NCBI GenBank assembly: GCA_001179505.1
Contig: CDMY01000104.1
Span: forward strand, 124,001 to 188,000
Source: Vitrella brassicaformis CCMP3155
Lineage: Eukaryota > Protista > Chromerida
Reading direction: 5' to 3'
DNA length: 64,000 nucleotides
In this document: positions 59,565 through 64,000 of the stretch, piece by piece
How positions within the stretch are numbered: position 1 is the stretch's first letter
How the letters are laid out: each line of letters opens with the position of its first letter
Program-made: the position numbers and the translations under genes
Notes under the pieces: model-generated
Databases searched by the model: none
Told to the model about the DNA's origin: nothing
What the model saw: the letters and a program-made list of their open reading frames with translations, nothing else

Positions 59565-62500
59565 CAGGTGGGCGCGTCTGTGTCTGTGTGTGTGGCTGGT
59601 CAGAACTATTTGTTCGACCTGGGGCCTGCGGACATCTTCTCGCTCGGCGCCACGCTCTTCGCCATGCTCTTCGGCACCGTGCCCTTCGGGGTCCTGGAGC
59701 GCAAACCAGCCATGCAGGCCTACCTGGTACACCACACAAACAAAGTCACGTCACTCACCCTACCGACCAGACCAGACACACGGACTGCCGAGCCCCCAAT
59801 CAGCACACTCCTCATGTCATCTGTGTGTGCGTATGTGGGCATGCAATGCAGGACGTGATGAATGGCGATTTCAAGGACTTTGCCGACATGCAGGCGGGCC
59901 ACCTCTCCCCCGGCCAGAAGGACGAGATCTACGACCTGCTGGCCAAGGTGCTGTTCAAGCATCCCGACGGCCGCGCCACCTTCGAGGCCATCGCAAACCA
60001 CCCCTGGATGGCGGCAGACAAGAAGTTCGTCAAGCGACCCGCCATGAAACTGTGAGTGAGACACACAGACAGAGAGAGGGACCACACACACTCAGAGGAA
60101 ATGAAATGACGGGTGTGGTGGCATATGGTGGGAATGGTGTGTGCGGGGTGTGTAGGTTGAAGGCTACGGGTCGGCTGCGCCATCCCACCACTCAGGAGGG
60201 GGCACATTTCCACCACCACACCCTCGTGCCCTCCACATCACAGATACTCTGGGTGAGTCGGCACAGAGAGAGAGAGAGAGAGGGAGATAGCTTACACATC
60301 AACCTCTCTGTGGCCCGGCCGTGGGTGCGTGCGCATGACTGCGATGCAGCCACTGACGCCCGCAGCGTACCAGCCCCCCCTGCAGTTCACACACCTGGCC
60401 TACGGCACCCCACACGTCCCCGCCGACACTCGCCCGGGGCTGCCGCACCTCTGCGCCATCCCTGTGGTCGACAGAGGCCTGCCAGTGCACCGCAAAGCCA
60501 GCGGACCACACGTACGGGACGTGACCAACACTCACTGCCCTGCCTGACACATCACATGACGCTCTTCTGCCGTTCTCTTGTGTGTCTACACATATCAGAT
60601 TCCGCCCCCAGTAGCTCTGGTGCCCCCTCCGGCCGCTGCCGTGCCGCCATCGATGTCGCCGCAGGCGCCGTTGCGTGAGCTGGGGGCGCCCCACCCCCAC
60701 CCACACTCCCGTGCCATGGCCATCCAGCCACAGCCGCACCCACAGACACATGCACAGCCGCAGCCGCAGCCGCAGCCGCAGACGCCCTCCCGCCCCGCAC
60801 ACAGGGAGATCATGCAGTCGCCCGCCGACCAGACGCCCAAAGGCAAAGAAACGCAACACAAGGGCACAGGTGCGGACACACGAATGAATGGATGGATGGA
60901 TGGATGGATGGCAAACACACACACCTGACATGACATCTATGCATCGATACCCTGTTGCCGTTGGTGTGAATGATCAGGCCCTATCCCCGCCATGAGCCCC
61001 CTGCCGGCTCTCACCAAGCGGCCTGGGGAGGGAAGCCCGCCCTCCCGCAATGGCAGTCCCGACTCGCCATCGTCCTCCTCATCCAGCGGCGGCAGCCCCA
61101 TCATGGCCATCGGCAATGTCGGCATCAGTAGAGTCGGCGGAGGGCGGGCCAAGCAGGCCGGCAGGCACCACCCCAACCTCGAGCCAGTAGCAGAGGTGAC
61201 CGCCGAGGCCAATGGGCGGACGGAGGACAGCAAGGCGGCGTCTCCCAGAAGTGTCGTCACCCGCCCCACGCCCCCCAAGGCACCGACCCTCCAGACCAAG
61301 ACCACCACCAACACCAGCGGCAGCTCTCGCACCGACACGCGTGAATCGGAGGACAACAACAGGACGGGCGGCGATGATGACCAGCAGCCCCAACCCCAGG
61401 CCCAGGCCCAGCCCACACGGCCCAAAAGCGTGCCGAAGATCGCAGCAGCAGCTGCAGCTGCAGCTGCAGCTGTGGCCAGGTCAGGGGGCGGGGGAGGGGG
61501 AGGGAAAGCGACGCCCTCGTCTTCAGGGGCGGCTGTGGTGGGAACCGGCAAGGCCAAGGCGCCCGCGCCCAAGCAGCAGGGGGTGGCGAGTCCTGCGCGT
61601 GCAGCCGATCTGAGTGCAAGTGTGGGTGTGGGTGTGGGTGTGGGTGTGGGGGCGAGTGGAGGCGGGACGGGGGGACAGGAGGGGGCGGGGAGCAGTAGTG
61701 CCGCTGCTGCTGCTGCTAATGCCGGTACTGCCGGTTATGGTGTGGGGGTGGGTGCCGCCCAGCAGAGGCATGCTGCGGCCAAGGCAGCTGATCTAGGAGG
61801 GGCGCCGCGGGCTGCTGCTGCGGCGGGTGGTAGTGGCAATGCTACCAGGCCACGGCCGCCGATGAGCTTCTTTCAACCGCAGAATACGCCCCACGTACAC
61901 AGATCCACGTAGCCACACATCCACATGCATTCCAGCCCCACTCGTGGGTGGTGTGTGTGTCTCTCTCTCTCTCTCTGTGTGTGTGTGGCGCCGTGTGCAG
62001 CGATCGACAGTCGGCCATCTCCCGGTGCTAAACGGCCCCCGCAGCACGGGCAGTGGCATGCAGAACACGACCAATACGGCCATCGAGGCCAACGACACCA
62101 ACAGCCCCGAGCCGGTGCCCATCCCCTCACCGATGCCGTACCTACCCAACCACCCACACCCACAGACGGGCCGCATGCAGCCCACGCCCTTCGACCGAAG
62201 CCGACTGGGAAACTACGGACCCGCATCGCAGTATCGCCCACAGGGTGAGCAGAGATACAGGGAGGGGGATCTGGCATATGTCTGTATGTGTTGGTTTGCT
62301 CGTTCTGTGTGGATGTACGAATGTGTTAGTGATGGCAGCGTATCACCCGGTGCCTCCGCGGGGCCCCAGCGGCATGAACGCCATGGCTCCTTCCCCCACA
62401 CCTGCCAGATTCCGCGAGCAGGTAGGTATGCAGTCCAACACACAAACAGACAAACAGCGGTCCACACATCTTGTCTTGCCGATCCATCCATCCCGGCCCC

Positions 62501-63883
62501 TCCTTCTGTGTCCTGTGTGTCCACACCACCTCAGCAGCGCCCGGTGACCCCCGCACCCAAGGGCGCCATGCGAGTGCATCATCAGCTGCAGTCCCCCGAC
62601 CACCACCAGCAGCGTGCGGCCCGTCCAGTGCTGCACCATGCGCCGGCGCCCAACTCGCCCTTCGGCAGTGGCATCAGCGGGCTATCCAACGGCAGTAGCG
62701 GCAGTAGTGGTGGGGGGCAGGTGAGAGTGCCGGTGCATCATCAGCCCGTGGGTGGGGGTGTGAGCGGGGGTGTCATGAGCAAGAACCCCAGTGTGGCCGG
62801 TGTGTATGCCACGACACCTGGCGGCTCGGGGAGTACATCGAGGGCTGCGCCGAGGTACGTCAAGTGGCACTACAGCCAGCGAGAAAACACGCGGGCAACA
62901 AATATGGTTGTGTGTGTGCGTCAGTGTGGCGTCTCGTCCGATGCCTGGTGCGTCCCGACCGGATCAGGGGCCCTACGTGTTCCACTCTAGCCACGGCAGT
63001 GTGTCGGGATCGAGCGGCGTGGTAGGACCCAGGACGTCATCCCTCACCGACCCTTCTCTGCAGACGCCACCACCAGCCATGGGTCCACCCATGGTCTTCA
63101 GACTACCACCTGGTACGCACGGGAAGGGAACCGGTCGTTGTGCTGTGATGGTGTCCCATTTTTCTTTCTTTCTGTGTGCATGTGGTGTCTTGTTTGTTCA
63201 GGGGCTCCGCCGCCCCACCCGTACTACGGTGCTGGTGGAGGGCCGCCGATATTCCCCGGGTACCCGCAGGCCATGTACCCCAAGACACCGCAGTCCAAGA
63301 CGCTGCACAAGCGATGATCATCACACACATACAGAGAAAGACACAGACGAATGGGCGGATACATCCTGCAATGATGGGAGGGAGGGAGGGANNNNNNNNN
63401 NNNNNNNNNNNNNNNNNNNNNNNNNNNNNNNNNNNNNNNNNNNNNNNNNNNNNNNNNNNNNNNNNNNNNNNNNNNNNNNNNNNNNNNNNNNNNNNNNNNN
63501 NNNNNNNNNNNNNNNNNNNNNNNNNNNNNNNNNNNNNNNNNNNNNNNNNNNNNNNNNNNNNNNNNNNNNNNNNNNNNNNNNNNNNNNNNNNNNNNNNNNN
63601 NNNNNNNNNNNNNNNNNNNNNNNNNNNNNNNNNNNNNNNNNNNNNNNNNNNNNNNNNNNNNNNNNNNNNNNNNNNNNNNNNNNNNNNNNNNGGGAGGGAG
63701 GCTGGTGGGTGGTGGGTGGGTGGGTGGGTGGGTGAGTGGGTGAGTGAGTGGGTGTGTCGTTTTGTTACGGATCCACCGATCGGATCGATGATGCGTGGCC
63801 AGCTGGCTCAATCGGTAGCTGGGCGGGACATACCAACAGGCATACACAACCTTCTCGACTCGATATGTGTGTTCACATTTTGA
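57123..63883 (+). CDS. Ser/Thr protein kinase with a long low-complexity C-terminal tail
   Basis: GGSVGQV, LKHEHIVR, FMEYSQEGDL, YLHETHGMAHRDIKPEN, LCDFG, GTFTYNAPE, ADIFSLGATLFAML.G..PF and RATFEAIANHPW. The P/Q/A/G-rich tail exons run to about 63883; the 3' end is uncertain because of the gap. Confidence 0.9.
63392..63691. other. Assembly gap (300 N)
   Basis: Run of N flanked by (GGGA)n. Confidence 1.
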
Positions 63884-64000
63884 TGGATGGATAGATGAGA
63901 TGACACAGCTGGGCTGCATGCACCGAGATGAATTGAATGAGTGGCATTTTCTCGATCACTTGCAGAGCGAATGAATGAAAGCTAATGAGACATTTCACTG

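Larger units (their letters stand above)
1..64000. repeat. Dense intronic and UTR microsatellites: (CA/TG)n, (GA/TC)n, (GACA/TGTC)n, (GGAT/ATCC)n
   Basis: Examples: 2447-2473 (TG)n, 6264-6281 (GGAT)n, 7546-7570 (GACA)n, 38969-38992 (CA)n, 59520-59562 (CA)n(GA)n. Absent from the LINE and from coding exons. Confidence 0.98.

Noticed and set aside
6264-60910. Regularly recurring GGATGGATGGAT and GACAGACAGACA blocks as CRISPR-like or dispersed elements
   Set aside because: They are simple tetranucleotide microsatellites of variable length, with no constant repeat-spacer period and no cas genes, in a eukaryotic genome.
60930-63330. Long + strand ORFs (60992-61912, 61944-62990) as separate genes
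   Set aside because: They are low-complexity exons flanked by splice sites, with no promoter word or initiation context; treated as the kinase C-terminal tail.
130-63919. Hundreds of ORF-track entries rich in CVCVCV, THTHTH, SLSLSL or MDGWMDG
   Set aside because: These are translations of intronic microsatellites or antisense shadows of real exons. Many start at TTG/GTG/CTG rendered as M, and they carry no domain motifs.
14750-63925. Apicomplexan TGCATGCA-type element as the promoter signal
   Set aside because: The TGCATGC-like copies I noticed (about 14755, 35755, 36227, 38580, 63915) are mostly intronic or in 3' regions and are not concentrated at gene starts.
1-64000. Dinoflagellate/Perkinsus spliced-leader relics (CCGTAGCCATTTTGGCTCAAG-like), tRNA or rRNA genes
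   Set aside because: None was recognised by eye; tRNAscan-SE and Infernal would be needed to exclude them formally.

Overview
This is intron-rich, GC-rich eukaryotic nuclear DNA, not prokaryotic. The evidence is GT-AG introns of about 60-130 bp packed with (CA/TG), (GA/TC), (GACA) and (GGAT) microsatellites, a bipartite signal+transit-peptide plastid protein, and an ankyrin protein of a type I associate with the chromerid alga Vitrella brassicaformis (organism assignment is inference). I spliced about 22 protein genes by hand: a PiT/PHO4 phosphate transporter (partial), a flavin monooxygenase, an RS/RE-rich protein, a WS/DGAT acyltransferase, an RWD-RBR E3 ligase, a SAM methyltransferase-like protein, a secreted Cys-repeat protein, a large receptor-like membrane protein, an ankyrin protein, an Rdx/SelW-like protein, a PAP-fibrillin, a Myb-like protein, an atypical SDR, an M17 aminopeptidase, an MRS2/CorA Mg transporter, a WD40 protein, a Ser/Thr kinase and several unknowns. 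The window also holds a 5'-truncated non-LTR retrotransposon and five 300-N gaps. Three patterns are not explained by the annotation. (1) A palindromic element, TGCGAGCT-W-AGCTCGCA, or its 11-12 bp part GCTAAGCTCGCA, sits at almost every gene start. (2) Genes are arranged almost entirely as head-to-head pairs, with as little as 70 bp between start codons. (3) Introns carry (CA)n/(GA)n near the donor and the complementary (TG)n/(TC)n near the acceptor, which suggests structure-assisted splicing. Exon boundaries and start codons were assigned by eye and need RNA-seq confirmation. No rRNA, tRNA or CRISPR array was recognised.
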